Shown here in pieces: positions 45,214-54,509 of a stretch of 64,000 nucleotides of DNA. Position 1 is the first letter of the stretch, and the number at the start of each line of letters is the position of its first letter. The stretch is from Ulvibacter algarum (GTDB lineage Bacteria > Bacteroidota > Bacteroidia > Flavobacteriales > Flavobacteriaceae): NCBI GenBank assembly GCA_947488905.1, contig CANLBJ010000005.1:112397-176396 (forward strand), written 5' to 3'. The notes below the pieces were generated by a model. That model searched no databases and had not been told where the DNA came from. It saw only the letters and a program-made list of their open reading frames with translations. The position numbers and the translations under genes were made by a program.

Positions 45214-46665
45214 CTAAGCTTTAGCAGAAGCACTAGCTGGACAACTAAACAGTTGTTTATCTTTTATTATTTCTGCAACACCATCTGGGAGCATTTTTTC
45301 CCATCCGTCTGTACCAGCTTCAATTTTTTGTAATACTTCTCTAGAAAAAATATCCATTACCTCTGGGTTAAAATTTTCTATGTCTAAAACCTTACCGTTG
45401 TATTTAAAGAACTTGTAAAGCTCTTTCATACGTGGGTGTACTTTTAGGTTTTCGCTGGTAGTATATTCATTAGTCTCTGGGTTATGCATAGGGTAGAGGT
45501 AAACTTTAAGATCTTTAAAGAATAGTTTACCAAAAGCTTCTAGAATACCACCACTTAAATGACGGTAATATTTCTCGTCAAAAATATCTACAAGGTTATT
45601 TACGCCCATTGCCAAGCCAAGACGCATCTTAGTATAGCGAGAGAAGTACTCAACAAGTTTATAATATTCTTGAAAATTTGAGATCATCACTGTGTGCCCT
45701 AAAGAACAAAGCAATCTAGCTCTATCCATAAAGTCTTCTTCATCAATTTCACCTTCTGCTCTTAAGTTAGAGAGTGTGATTTCAAAAATGGTTTCTGTAC
45801 GGTCCTCTTCAACTTTATTTTGTTTGAGAAACATCTCTAAAGACTTCTCATACATATCTATGTTCACCTTTGTCACTGGACGGAAACTACCGCGAAGTGC
45901 TAGGATGTTTTTCTTGTAAAGTATACGTGCTGGCAAAATATTGTTACCATCTGGGCCAAACATCACTGCATCTGTCATTCCGTTTTTAATAAGCTGTAAA
46001 CTCATTAAACGATTATCAACATCTTTAAATTTAGGACCAGAGAAGTTAATAGTATCTATCTCAATCTTGTCTTTATCAATGTGGTCGTATAAATAACGCA
46101 GTAATTTTTTAGGTGTGTCATATTTATAATATGCACCATAAATTAAATTAACTCCAAGAATACCTAGTGTGTGTTGTTGTAATAAAGCTTCTGTCTCGTG
46201 AAAACGTAAGTGTAAAATTATCTCACTGTACTCTTCTTCTGCATCTGTCTGGTAGCGTATACCTACCCAGCCGTGACCTTTATATTTTTTAGCAAAATCT
46301 ATTGTTGCAACTGTATTTGCATATGCAAAATACATTTTGTTAGGATGCTTCTCACGTAGAATACGCTCTTCAAGAAGCTCCATCTCGTGATTAAGCATCT
46401 TTTTTAAACGCGCTTCTGTTACATAACGACCATCTTCCTCAACACCATAAATGGCATCACTAAAGTCTTTGTCATATGCAGAAATGGTTTTTGCAATTGT
46501 CCCAGAAGCACCACCGGCTCTAAAAAAGTTACGTACCGTTTCTTGTCCTGCACCAATCTCGGCAAAAGTACCGTATATGTTTTCGTTTAGGTTAATGCGC
46601 AACGCCTTGTCCTTAACGGTTGGGATGCTTTCAAAATCTTTATCTCCTTTTATAAAATCTGGCAT
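45214..46665 (-). CDS. conserved hypothetical protein (function not recognised)
   Basis: ORF track. A long clean ORF whose N-terminal block YGTFAEIGAGQETVRNFFRAGGASGTIAKTISAYD seems familiar from other Bacteroidota genomes, but I cannot name the family. Confidence 0.7.
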   Translation of the reverse strand: MPDFIKGDKDFESIPTVKDKALRINLNENIYGTFAEIGAGQETVRNFFRAGGASGTIAKTISAYDKDFSDAIYGVEEDGRYVTEARLKKMLNHEMELLEERILREKHPNKMYFAYANTVATIDFAKKYKGHGWVGIRYQTDAEEEYSEIILHLRFHETEALLQQHTLGILGVNLIYGAYYKYDTPKKLLRYLYDHIDKDKIEIDTINFSGPKFKDVDNRLMSLQLIKNGMTDAVMFGPDGNNILPARILYKKNILALRGSFRPVTKVNIDMYEKSLEMFLKQNKVEEDRTETIFEITLSNLRAEGEIDEEDFMDRARLLCSLGHTVMISNFQEYYKLVEYFSRYTKMRLGLAMGVNNLVDIFDEKYYRHLSGGILEAFGKLFFKDLKVYLYPMHNPETNEYTTSENLKVHPRMKELYKFFKYNGKVLDIENFNPEVMDIFSREVLQKIEAGTDGWEKMLPDGVAEIIKDKQLFSCPASASAKA

Positions 46666-46693
46666 AGCTTATTATTAGGTACTCTGTATATAA

Positions 46694-46701
46694 CAAAGGT
46701 A
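46694..46701 (-). promoter_or_regulatory. candidate -7 box TACCTTTG (minus sense)
   Basis: The plus strand reads CAAAGGTA, 29 nt upstream of the ATG at 46665. Confidence 0.45.
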
Positions 46702-46734
46702 CTAAATACCATACCTAATCAAAAAAAATACTGT

Positions 46735-46742
46735 TATTTTTG
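46735..46742 (+). promoter_or_regulatory. candidate -7 box TATTTTTG only 5 nt from the start codon
   Basis: Exact match to TAnnTTTG. The ATG is at 46748, which implies a leaderless or nearly leaderless mRNA. Confidence 0.4.
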
Positions 46743-46747
46743 TAGTA

Positions 46748-47527
46748 ATGAAATCAGCTATTTCTATAACATTTTTGGGCACCGGAACTTCGCAGGGTAT
46801 TCCTGTAATAGGTAGCGATCATCCCGTGTGTTTAAGTGAGAACCCAAAAGATAAAAGACTTCGTGTTTCTGTGCTATTACAGTGGGAAGATTTTAATTAT
46901 GTGATAGACTGTGGGCCAGACTTTAGAATGCAAATGCTTAACAATAATGTCAAGCAACTTGATGCTATTCTCCTCACACATGACCATAGTGATCACACAG
47001 CAGGGCTAGATGATATTCGTCCATTTTGTTTTAGACAAGGTGGCGATGTTACTTTTTATGCAGAGCAAAACGTTTTTGATGCACTCTATAAACGCTTTGA
47101 ATATATATTTACCACAGAAAATAAATACCCTGGCGCACCAACTATTAAAGAAGAACAGATTGTTGATTTGGCTCCTTTTAAAATTGGAGGTAAAAATGTG
47201 ATTCCTATAAGGGCAATGCATAATACACTGCCTGTACTAGGTTTTAGAATAGATGGGTTTACTTATTTAACAGATGTAAAAACTATTAGCGTTTCAGAAA
47301 TTGAAAAGATCAAAGGCACAGAGGTTTTAGTAGTAAATGCATTACGTGAAGCTGCTCATCCTTCACATCTTACACTTAGTGAAGCCTTAGATTTAATAGA
47401 AAAAGTAAAGCCTAAAAAGGCTTATCTAACACACATAAGTCATTTATTAGGTTTTCACGATGAGGTGGAAGCAAGATTACCAGAAAATGTACACTTGGCC
47501 TTTGATGGCTTAAAACTTAAAGTATAA
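46748..47527 (+). CDS. MBL-fold metallo-hydrolase
   Basis: ORF track. LLTHDHSDH metal-binding motif. Confidence 0.8.
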   Translation: MKSAISITFLGTGTSQGIPVIGSDHPVCLSENPKDKRLRVSVLLQWEDFNYVIDCGPDFRMQMLNNNVKQLDAILLTHDHSDHTAGLDDIRPFCFRQGGDVTFYAEQNVFDALYKRFEYIFTTENKYPGAPTIKEEQIVDLAPFKIGGKNVIPIRAMHNTLPVLGFRIDGFTYLTDVKTISVSEIEKIKGTEVLVVNALREAAHPSHLTLSEALDLIEKVKPKKAYLTHISHLLGFHDEVEARLPENVHLAFDGLKLKV

Positions 47528-47564
47528 ATTTAATATTATCATTTCTTCGGAAATGCCATAAACT

Positions 47565-48059
47565 ATGAGAAAGAGCTTATTTATGTACCTGTTTTTCTTT
47601 GCATTGCTGTTTATTATTTTTCAGTATATGAATGAGAAAACCATATTTGAATCACAAGAAAAATCTATAAATGGGTTGTCTAAAAGATTAGATAAAGCCA
47701 AAGATTCTATTGGTGTTCTCAATAAAGAACTTTCAGAAAGTAATTATTTCTCATTGTTAGGTAACGATAACGCAATGTATTATTTAGAAAAGTACGACCT
47801 AAATGCTGCAGATGTAAAACAACAAATCACAGATTTAATCTATGATAAAAACGGGCTAGAAGGTGGTAACCCTCTTGTAGAGTTTAAAGGTGATCGTGGT
47901 CCCATGCGCATCAATAAAATTAAGTTTTTAAATCACCGCTGGATTCAAGCAGATTTTTCTGACGGCCAGCGCTGGGGCGAAGTCATCATCGAGTACTTCT
48001 TTGATAAGAATAATAAGCTAGATATTTATCCAGTGAAGACGGTTTTATATCCACTTTAG
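47565..48059 (+). CDS. hypothetical membrane-anchored protein
   Basis: ORF track. It has an N-terminal TM helix. I do not recognise the family. Confidence 0.55.
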   Translation: MRKSLFMYLFFFALLFIIFQYMNEKTIFESQEKSINGLSKRLDKAKDSIGVLNKELSESNYFSLLGNDNAMYYLEKYDLNAADVKQQITDLIYDKNGLEGGNPLVEFKGDRGPMRINKIKFLNHRWIQADFSDGQRWGEVIIEYFFDKNNKLDIYPVKTVLYPL

Positions 48060-48071
48060 TTTTTAGTAGTG

Positions 48072-48129
48072 AGTCTTGAGTTTTTAGTATTGAGTAGTTC
48101 AATTTTCTCAAAACTAAAAACTCAAGACT
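48072..48129. repeat. perfect 17-bp inverted repeat AGTCTTGAGTTTTTAGT / ACTAAAAACTCAAGACT
   Basis: Arms at 48072..48088 and 48113..48129, between convergent genes. There is no U-tract on either strand. Confidence 0.85.
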
Positions 48130-48131
48130 AA

Positions 48132-48785
48132 TTACTTCTTAAGAAGCCACTCCTTCATTTCATAAAAATTTTGTGGTGCCACGCCGTGCCCAATAGGAAA
48201 CTCAGAATAAGCACAGTCAATGCCTAGATTTGCTAAAAAAGGTTTTGTTTTACGTGCCCACTCTACAGGTAATACCTGATCAACGCTCCCGTGAGAAGAG
48301 TATACATTTAAATTTGTAAAGTCATTTTTCTCGTAGCCATCTTTAAGAAGTTCTATGTTTATGTAACCACTAAGACCTACAATATTCTTTACTTTTTCTG
48401 GATAAGATAACCCTACTGCAAAGCTTAAAATAGTCCCTTGGCTAAAGCCTATTAAGGTAATGTTACTAGCATCTGCTTTATAGTTTTCAACTACTTCATC
48501 AATACATTTAGCAATTAAATCTCTCGCTACAAGTGCTTGGGGGATATCACTCATTTTACCATCTGTATTGTCCCAATAGATATTATACCAAGCGTTACCA
48601 GAAGGTTGCATTGCGATTGGTGCTTTTAGTGAGATAATGTGATAATGATCTGGCAACTCTGGTGCAAAAGAAAAAAGATCGTCTTCATTACTGCCATACC
48701 CGTGAATTAATATAATTGCAGGATTACAACCTACGTCTTGAGTGGGTGCTTTATAGTTGTGTTCTAGTGAAAGTTGTTGTTTCAT
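48132..48785 (-). CDS. alpha/beta hydrolase (phospholipase/carboxylesterase family)
   Basis: ORF track. GFSQGT nucleophile elbow and a C-terminal HG motif. Confidence 0.75.
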   Translation of the reverse strand: MKQQLSLEHNYKAPTQDVGCNPAIILIHGYGSNEDDLFSFAPELPDHYHIISLKAPIAMQPSGNAWYNIYWDNTDGKMSDIPQALVARDLIAKCIDEVVENYKADASNITLIGFSQGTILSFAVGLSYPEKVKNIVGLSGYINIELLKDGYEKNDFTNLNVYSSHGSVDQVLPVEWARKTKPFLANLGIDCAYSEFPIGHGVAPQNFYEMKEWLLKK

Positions 48786-48843
48786 TTTTTTGGGAATATG
48801 GGAAATAGAATATGAAATTTTGAGATTTAAACCTTCTGAGGTA

Positions 48844-49167
48844 TTAATCTAAAAAAGTAAACCATTTATTAAACCATTCTGTAAGATATGGTAGATTAGG
48901 TTTTTCGTTTTTTATCGCTCTATAGAGCGAGTAAATAAGTAGCACAATTGCGGTCCAGAAAAAGAGTTCGCCTAGTATCAAGTTAATGTATGCGATAAAT
49001 ACTTTTGCGCTTATCCAAAAGAGTGTTATCCCAAACATATTTTTAATGTGAGCTGTAGCAAAAGGATGTTTCTCGTTACTATTCATAGACATTGCGATAA
49101 GCAAACCTACAAACGTTATATAGCAAATAATCGCTTTGTTTTTTCCGGGAGGAGCTATTTGAGACAT
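48844..49167 (-). CDS. small membrane protein (DUF4870-like)
   Basis: ORF track. It has three hydrophobic helices and starts 1 bp after the upstream gene. Confidence 0.55.
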   Translation of the reverse strand: MSQIAPPGKNKAIICYITFVGLLIAMSMNSNEKHPFATAHIKNMFGITLFWISAKVFIAYINLILGELFFWTAIVLLIYSLYRAIKNEKPNLPYLTEWFNKWFTFLD

Positions 49168-49168
49168 A

Positions 49169-50422
49169 CTAGTTAAGTTTCAGTTTATTTTTATTTATTA
49201 TACCATACACTTTGCCTTTCATTTGTTGACAAACTAGGGCAGAGCTAGTAGAGGTAGAGAGTATTGCGTCACTCTCAAAAAGCCACTCAGGGCTTGGGTT
49301 AAAAAGGGTGAGTGGTAATTTTGCTCCTTCTTTAATTTGTCCAGATTCAAGACCAAATCGTTCTCTTAAACCAGTAAGTGCTGTAATTACTTCGGAAATA
49401 TCCAAGACATTACCTAAAGCTCCAAAACAACTTTCTAGTCCAATAGAGCCATATTGTGCGTGGTCAAATTCTATTTTCTTAAACTCAATATCTATAGGAG
49501 CGTGGTCGCTAGTCACTGCGTCTATGGTGCCATCTTGTACTCCTTTGATAAGTGCTTTTATATCTAGCTTCTCTCTAAGTGGTGGCATTACTTTATAGCG
49601 AGTGTCAAAACTAGATAATACATCATCTGTGAGTATTAAGTTGTGTGCTGCTATGCTACAGGTTACATCTAGTCCTTTTTTCTTTGCTTCTTTAATAAGT
49701 TGCACAGATTTTTTGGTAGAAATGGTTGGTATGTGTAATTTCCCGCCTGTATATTCTAGTAAGTATAAATCTCTTGTTATTTGTAATTCTTCTGCTAGAG
49801 TTGGGATTCCTTTTAATCCTAATTGAGTGCTATTTACACCCTCATTGACCATCCCTTTGTGAGCTATTGCCATGTCCATTGGGAATGATTGTATAAGACC
49901 GCCAAAATTCTGGCAGTATTGTAATGCAATTTTTAAAAGGTTGGCATTTTTTATTGGTTGCTTGTAATCATAAAAGCTAACTGCTCCTTCTTGTTGCATA
50001 TCAAACAACTCTGCTAGATGCTCGCCATCTGCGCTTTGTGTCATTGCGCCTACTGGTAAAACATTTACAGTATGGTTTGCTGCTTTACTTTTTAAGAACT
50101 GTACCGCACCTTTAGTATCTGTAACTGGATTTGTGTTTGGGTTGATGCAGATATCTGTAAAACCAGATGCTGCGGCTACGTTAAGACCGTTTTCAAATGT
50201 CTCTCTTTCTTCATAACCAGGCTCTCCAAAACTCACACTGCTGTCCATCCATCCAAGCGATACGTGCAGGTTATCTTTTTCTACCACCCTTACTTTGTCT
50301 GTAGCCTCTATTTTTGAAGCGATTTGTACAATTGTACCTTTATCAATAAGCAGGTCACGTTTCTGTAAATGTAACGCGCCTTTTGGGTCAACGATAGTGG
50401 CAGATTTTAGTAAAATTTTCAT
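49169..50422 (-). CDS. dihydroorotase family amidohydrolase, HxH metal motif not conserved
   Basis: ORF track. It has DHOase-like layout (..GWMDSSVSFGEPGYEERE.., ..TSDHAP..). The position of the canonical D-x-H-x-H-x-R-x-PG motif reads DSSVSFGEPG. Confidence 0.8.
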   Translation of the reverse strand: MKILLKSATIVDPKGALHLQKRDLLIDKGTIVQIASKIEATDKVRVVEKDNLHVSLGWMDSSVSFGEPGYEERETFENGLNVAAASGFTDICINPNTNPVTDTKGAVQFLKSKAANHTVNVLPVGAMTQSADGEHLAELFDMQQEGAVSFYDYKQPIKNANLLKIALQYCQNFGGLIQSFPMDMAIAHKGMVNEGVNSTQLGLKGIPTLAEELQITRDLYLLEYTGGKLHIPTISTKKSVQLIKEAKKKGLDVTCSIAAHNLILTDDVLSSFDTRYKVMPPLREKLDIKALIKGVQDGTIDAVTSDHAPIDIEFKKIEFDHAQYGSIGLESCFGALGNVLDISEVITALTGLRERFGLESGQIKEGAKLPLTLFNPSPEWLFESDAILSTSTSSALVCQQMKGKVYGIINKNKLKLN

Positions 50423-50436
50423 AGCTATGTCGTTTG

Positions 50437-50892
50437 TTATTGATTTTGTATTGTATCCTGTTTCTTATATAGATTTGGCGGTACAGAAATATTTACAGCA
50501 AAATCTCCATTTTTATCATAATAACGATATTCCATAGTAATATCATTATCGCGGTACATTTTTAAATCTGGATTAGTTTTAATGTTTTCAATAATACCAG
50601 GCTTCATATATTTATAAACAGAATCTGGATACACTTCAGATTTTTCTATATTAAGAAGTGTATAATGATATGTGAAATTTGAATTGCTTTTTGTAGAAGC
50701 ACTATCAAGTCTTGAAAATTTATCTACCTGAACAGGTAGTTTTTTATTCAATTCTATGGCAGCTTTTTCCATTTCATCCTGAAAGTCATTTTTTGAAAAC
50801 TCCTGGATTCCATAATAAGCAACTGCAAAAAGTATTATTCCTACTACAATACTTATTAATTTAACGTTCTTTTTTGATGATTCTTTATTCAT
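50437..50892 (-). CDS. hypothetical membrane-anchored protein
   Basis: ORF track. It has a single N-terminal TM helix and is flanked by the duplicated 5-prime end of the dihydroorotase-like gene. Confidence 0.55.
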   Translation of the reverse strand: MNKESSKKNVKLISIVVGIILFAVAYYGIQEFSKNDFQDEMEKAAIELNKKLPVQVDKFSRLDSASTKSNSNFTYHYTLLNIEKSEVYPDSVYKYMKPGIIENIKTNPDLKMYRDNDITMEYRYYDKNGDFAVNISVPPNLYKKQDTIQNQ

Positions 50893-50945
50893 TGTCAGTT
50901 TTATGTTTTGATTCTACTTTAAATTAAAAGATCACGCTTTTATAA

Positions 50946-50999
50946 TTACAGCACACCCTTTGGCTCAAAAATGGTTGCAGATTTTAGAAAAATTTTCAT
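50946..50999 (-). pseudogene. relic copy of the 5-prime end of the dihydroorotase-like gene (17 codons then stop)
   Basis: The minus-sense sequence ATGAAAATTTTTCTAAAATCTGCAACCATTTTTGAGCCAAAGGGTGTGCTGTAA encodes MKIFLKSATIFEPKGVL. Compare MKILLKSATIVDPKGAL at 50422. The GCTATG context upstream is also shared. Confidence 0.6.
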
Positions 51000-51026
51000 A
51001 GCAGAGGTGTTTGTTGTGTTTCTAGT

Positions 51027-52946
51027 CTACTTCTTATAAAACCGCAACACCAGCATCTCAGCTAATAAAAACAAGAATGCCCCAATAGCAAACCATTTCC
51101 AAAATTCATTAATGGTGTTGTCTTTTACGATGTTTTCAAAAAGGGCTGTGATGCTGTCGTGTGCGTCAACACCTTCCCATTCTTCTAAAGATGCGTATTG
51201 TAAAATACTTTCATCTCGCGTGTAATTAAAACTTACGTTTTCTATAAAATCTGTGTCATTCATCACAGCATATGTGCTAGCAATGTTTGGTGTCTCTTCA
51301 GTAGATATTGTTACTTTATTTGAGTTTGCTATTTGTAACGGTATAAAACTAGATACACTGTCTTTAAGAGTGATAATCTGATCTTGTTGTAATTTAATTG
51401 GGATTGCAAAGGTGTTAGGTTTTCCTACGGTGTAATATAACTTTGGCAGCGGTAAACTCTGTAAAGACATATTATATAAGGTAGGGACAATTAACGGCGA
51501 GCTTTTAAAGTTTGATATTTCCGAAGCAAAAGCGGCGGTACTTAAAAAATGATTTCCCTTTTGTACAATAAAAGGTTTGCCATCTTCAAAAGACAGTGCT
51601 GTAGCATGTACGCCTGCAAGTGGGTAAAACGAGTTGACTTTTGGGTATTGAAAATTAACCACTCGTTTCTCAAATACATCACGATACAATGGGTGATCAA
51701 AAGCAATATTTGTTATCTGTTTTTCTGCGGAAATTTTCTCTCCAAAAGTACCTAGCTTTAAACTATTAAGTAAGCTATTGTACTCTGAAATTACTGCATT
51801 AGCAGATGGAATAATAAAAACACTCCCACCGTTTTCTGAAAAAGCGCGCAAGGCTGCCGTTAATGGTGCGGGGATATTATCAAGTTCGTTTAGGATGATA
51901 AAATTCTGATTTGGGATTGCGTTATAATCTAGGTTTTTATGTGATTGTGGTGTAAACTTAAATTCTTCGCTATTAAAAATACGTGAGCTAAAAGTGCCAT
52001 CACCTTGATTAATGGCAAGAACATTTACCTTATTTGCCGCATTGATACTAAAGTATAAGGTGTTATCATATTTAATATCTGGATCATTAATAATAATGCG
52101 ACCGTCAATAGCTTCATCTTTATTAATCTCAAAAGTGGTAGTAACGGTTGCGCTCTCAGAAAAATCTGCTGTGGTTTTTGCTACGAGTACTTTTTTGTTA
52201 AAGAGTGATACGGGTATTGCTTCATTGCTGCCTTGTGCCGTCAATCTTGCTTCTAGCGTTAATTTTGAGGCATCTTTATTTTTTATAAAGACAGTGTCAA
52301 TGGCTATGTTAAGTTTTCTTTCTGGAGAGAGGCTTACCGCGCTTACTTTTATGTTTTCATTAATGGGAGGAAAGCCTTCTTTTAGTTGAAAATCTGAGAC
52401 ATAAATTAATCGTTTTTCTGCACCTGAATTTTTAGAGAAGAGTTGCTCAGCTTTTAATAATACTTGCTTAGGTGTTAATTGTTTTGACGCAAATTGAGTC
52501 TGTAATATTTCGGCCTTAAAAGCTTTTTTAGAAACACCTCTGTGTACTTTGTCATTAGTAAACCAATTCACTTTTTCTGTGCTAGGGAGCTCATAAAGGT
52601 CTTGCATAGCGCGTTGCAATAACGGGCCGTCTGTGCCTTTAGCTTCCATACTAAAAGAGTTGTCAAGATATATAACGGTTTCTTTGTTTGTGTTAAGTGC
52701 TGTTTTTGATGCTGAAAAAGGTTGCGCAAATGCGATTACAAGACAAGCGATAGCTGCCATACGTAAAAATAGGGTGAGCCATTTTTTAAGCTGCGAACTT
52801 TTACGGGTTTGTATGTTTACTTTTTTAAGAAAGGCAACATTGGTAAACGCAGTTTTCTGAAATTTTCTTAATTGAAAAAGATGGATAAATATAGGAATGA
52901 GCAGAAGTAGAAGCGCGTAAAGTAATTCTGGGTTTTTAAACTGCAT
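51027..52946 (-). CDS. BatA-domain (aerotolerance operon-like) membrane protein
   Basis: Uses the ORF-track frame, with the start moved to the ATG at 52946 (MQFKNPELLYALLLLLIPIFIHLFQLRKF, the typical BatA N-terminus). The track start lies inside the -7 box. Confidence 0.75.
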   Translation of the reverse strand: MQFKNPELLYALLLLLIPIFIHLFQLRKFQKTAFTNVAFLKKVNIQTRKSSQLKKWLTLFLRMAAIACLVIAFAQPFSASKTALNTNKETVIYLDNSFSMEAKGTDGPLLQRAMQDLYELPSTEKVNWFTNDKVHRGVSKKAFKAEILQTQFASKQLTPKQVLLKAEQLFSKNSGAEKRLIYVSDFQLKEGFPPINENIKVSAVSLSPERKLNIAIDTVFIKNKDASKLTLEARLTAQGSNEAIPVSLFNKKVLVAKTTADFSESATVTTTFEINKDEAIDGRIIINDPDIKYDNTLYFSINAANKVNVLAINQGDGTFSSRIFNSEEFKFTPQSHKNLDYNAIPNQNFIILNELDNIPAPLTAALRAFSENGGSVFIIPSANAVISEYNSLLNSLKLGTFGEKISAEKQITNIAFDHPLYRDVFEKRVVNFQYPKVNSFYPLAGVHATALSFEDGKPFIVQKGNHFLSTAAFASEISNFKSSPLIVPTLYNMSLQSLPLPKLYYTVGKPNTFAIPIKLQQDQIITLKDSVSSFIPLQIANSNKVTISTEETPNIASTYAVMNDTDFIENVSFNYTRDESILQYASLEEWEGVDAHDSITALFENIVKDNTINEFWKWFAIGAFLFLLAEMLVLRFYKK

Positions 52947-52967
52947 GCTCGTTTTTAAAATATATAG

Positions 52968-52975
52968 CAAATATA
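52968..52975 (-). promoter_or_regulatory. candidate -7 box TATATTTG (minus sense)
   Basis: The plus strand reads CAAATATA, 22 nt upstream of the ATG at 52946. Confidence 0.45.
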
Positions 52976-53143
52976 GAAAAATGAAGGTAATCTTATTTGT
53001 TTTTTAAGGGCTACTTTTTTAAGGGACTGTTTGAGTCACTACTAAGGCTTTGGCGATGTATTAGCTACGACTTTTATTTTTTTTCTTATATTGTTATATA
53101 GTTTTTAGTAGACGTTCTTCAGTCTAAACGTGCTTTTTTAAAA

Positions 53144-54340
53144 CTACTTAAGTATCGTAAAACTAAAGGTTGCCCCTTCTCCAGGTTTAGAGTCTACTTT
53201 AATGGTCCCGCCAAGTTTTGTGATTAAAGACTTCACCGTGGCTAAGCCTATTCCGGTTCCTTTTTTACCAAATTTATCTGAGTTGTCACCTTTTTGAAAA
53301 AGCTCAAACATTAATTCTTGTTTGTCTTTATCTATTCCTACTCCATTATCTTTTACTTCAAAACGGTAAAAAACGTCATCGTCAGAAAAGTGAATAGAGA
53401 CTAATGGTTTTTTATGGTCGTTGTATTTTAAAGAGTTGCCAACAAGATTCATTAATACCTGAAATATTGCAGCACGATTTGCGTGGAGAATAATATCTTT
53501 TTTTGGATATTCAAACTCTGAGTGATCTACAAATAGTATTTCATCTAGATCTTCTAGTAATTCTTTTAAATTGAAATCCTGTTTATTTTTTGACGCAAGC
53601 TCATCGCTCTTATAATAAATAAGCATTCCATCTATGTATTCTTTGAGAGTGTATGAAGACTCTTCTATATAATCTACATACTCTACAGCTGTTTTGTCTA
53701 AATCTTTTATATATTCTTCTTTGAGTAACCTAGCAAGTGATGTGATGTTTGCTAGAGGAGATTTTAGATCGTGACTTACTAAACCTGCAAAATTTTTGAG
53801 TTGGATATTTCTTTCTAAAAGTTCTTCTTCTATTTCTTTAAGCTCTATGTTTTTTTTATGTAACTCAAATAATTTTACTACTTGCTTAGATAAGTTAACG
53901 AGTGTTGTTTTCTGCCAATCTTTAAGTTTACGAGGCTTTGTGTCAAATACACATAGTGTTCCTAGTTTAAAGCCATCAGAGTTTATAAGTGGTGCTCCAG
54001 CATAAAAGATAGAGTTAGCTTGTGCTATAAGTGGGTTGTTTTTAAACTTTGGGTCTAAACGTGCGTCTTCTACTATAAATAAGTCTTCTTCTTGATTAAT
54101 AGCATGCCCGCAAAAAGAGATATCTCTAGGTGATTCTTGAACCTCTATACCGTGATGAGATTTTAAATAGTTTCGGTCTGTGTCTAAAAGAGTGATAAGT
54201 GAAATAGGGACCTCACATATTTCTGCAACAAGAGAGGTTATATTATCATAATCAGATTCTGGAATCGTATCTAATAATTTATAACTTTTAACTGCTGCTA
54301 AGCGTTCTTTTTCGTTTTCCGGTTTTATGGGCACTAACAT
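53144..54340 (-). CDS. GAF domain sensor histidine kinase
   Basis: ORF track. It has an N-terminal GAF-like region, an H-box (VSHDLKSPL) and HATPase motifs (DNGVGI, GTGIGLA). No response regulator is adjacent. Confidence 0.8.
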   Translation of the reverse strand: MLVPIKPENEKERLAAVKSYKLLDTIPESDYDNITSLVAEICEVPISLITLLDTDRNYLKSHHGIEVQESPRDISFCGHAINQEEDLFIVEDARLDPKFKNNPLIAQANSIFYAGAPLINSDGFKLGTLCVFDTKPRKLKDWQKTTLVNLSKQVVKLFELHKKNIELKEIEEELLERNIQLKNFAGLVSHDLKSPLANITSLARLLKEEYIKDLDKTAVEYVDYIEESSYTLKEYIDGMLIYYKSDELASKNKQDFNLKELLEDLDEILFVDHSEFEYPKKDIILHANRAAIFQVLMNLVGNSLKYNDHKKPLVSIHFSDDDVFYRFEVKDNGVGIDKDKQELMFELFQKGDNSDKFGKKGTGIGLATVKSLITKLGGTIKVDSKPGEGATFSFTILK

Positions 54341-54477
54341 AGTTAATTGTTGGGGTTAATGATATTAAAAAAAAATCATTATTGTAATGATACAAAGTAA
54401 CCATTTTTTTTTGAACTTAATAAATGAGGTGAAATTTATTTTATCTTGAAAAGAACTAGAAACGTGCGTTTTATCGT

Positions 54478-54485
54478 TATATTTG
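54478..54485 (+). promoter_or_regulatory. candidate -7 box TATATTTG
   Basis: Exact match to TAnnTTTG, 25 nt upstream of the ATG at 54510. It overlaps the track's alternative start at 54483. Confidence 0.45.
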
Positions 54486-54509
54486 GCACTTAATCAAATA
54501 AATTTAGTT

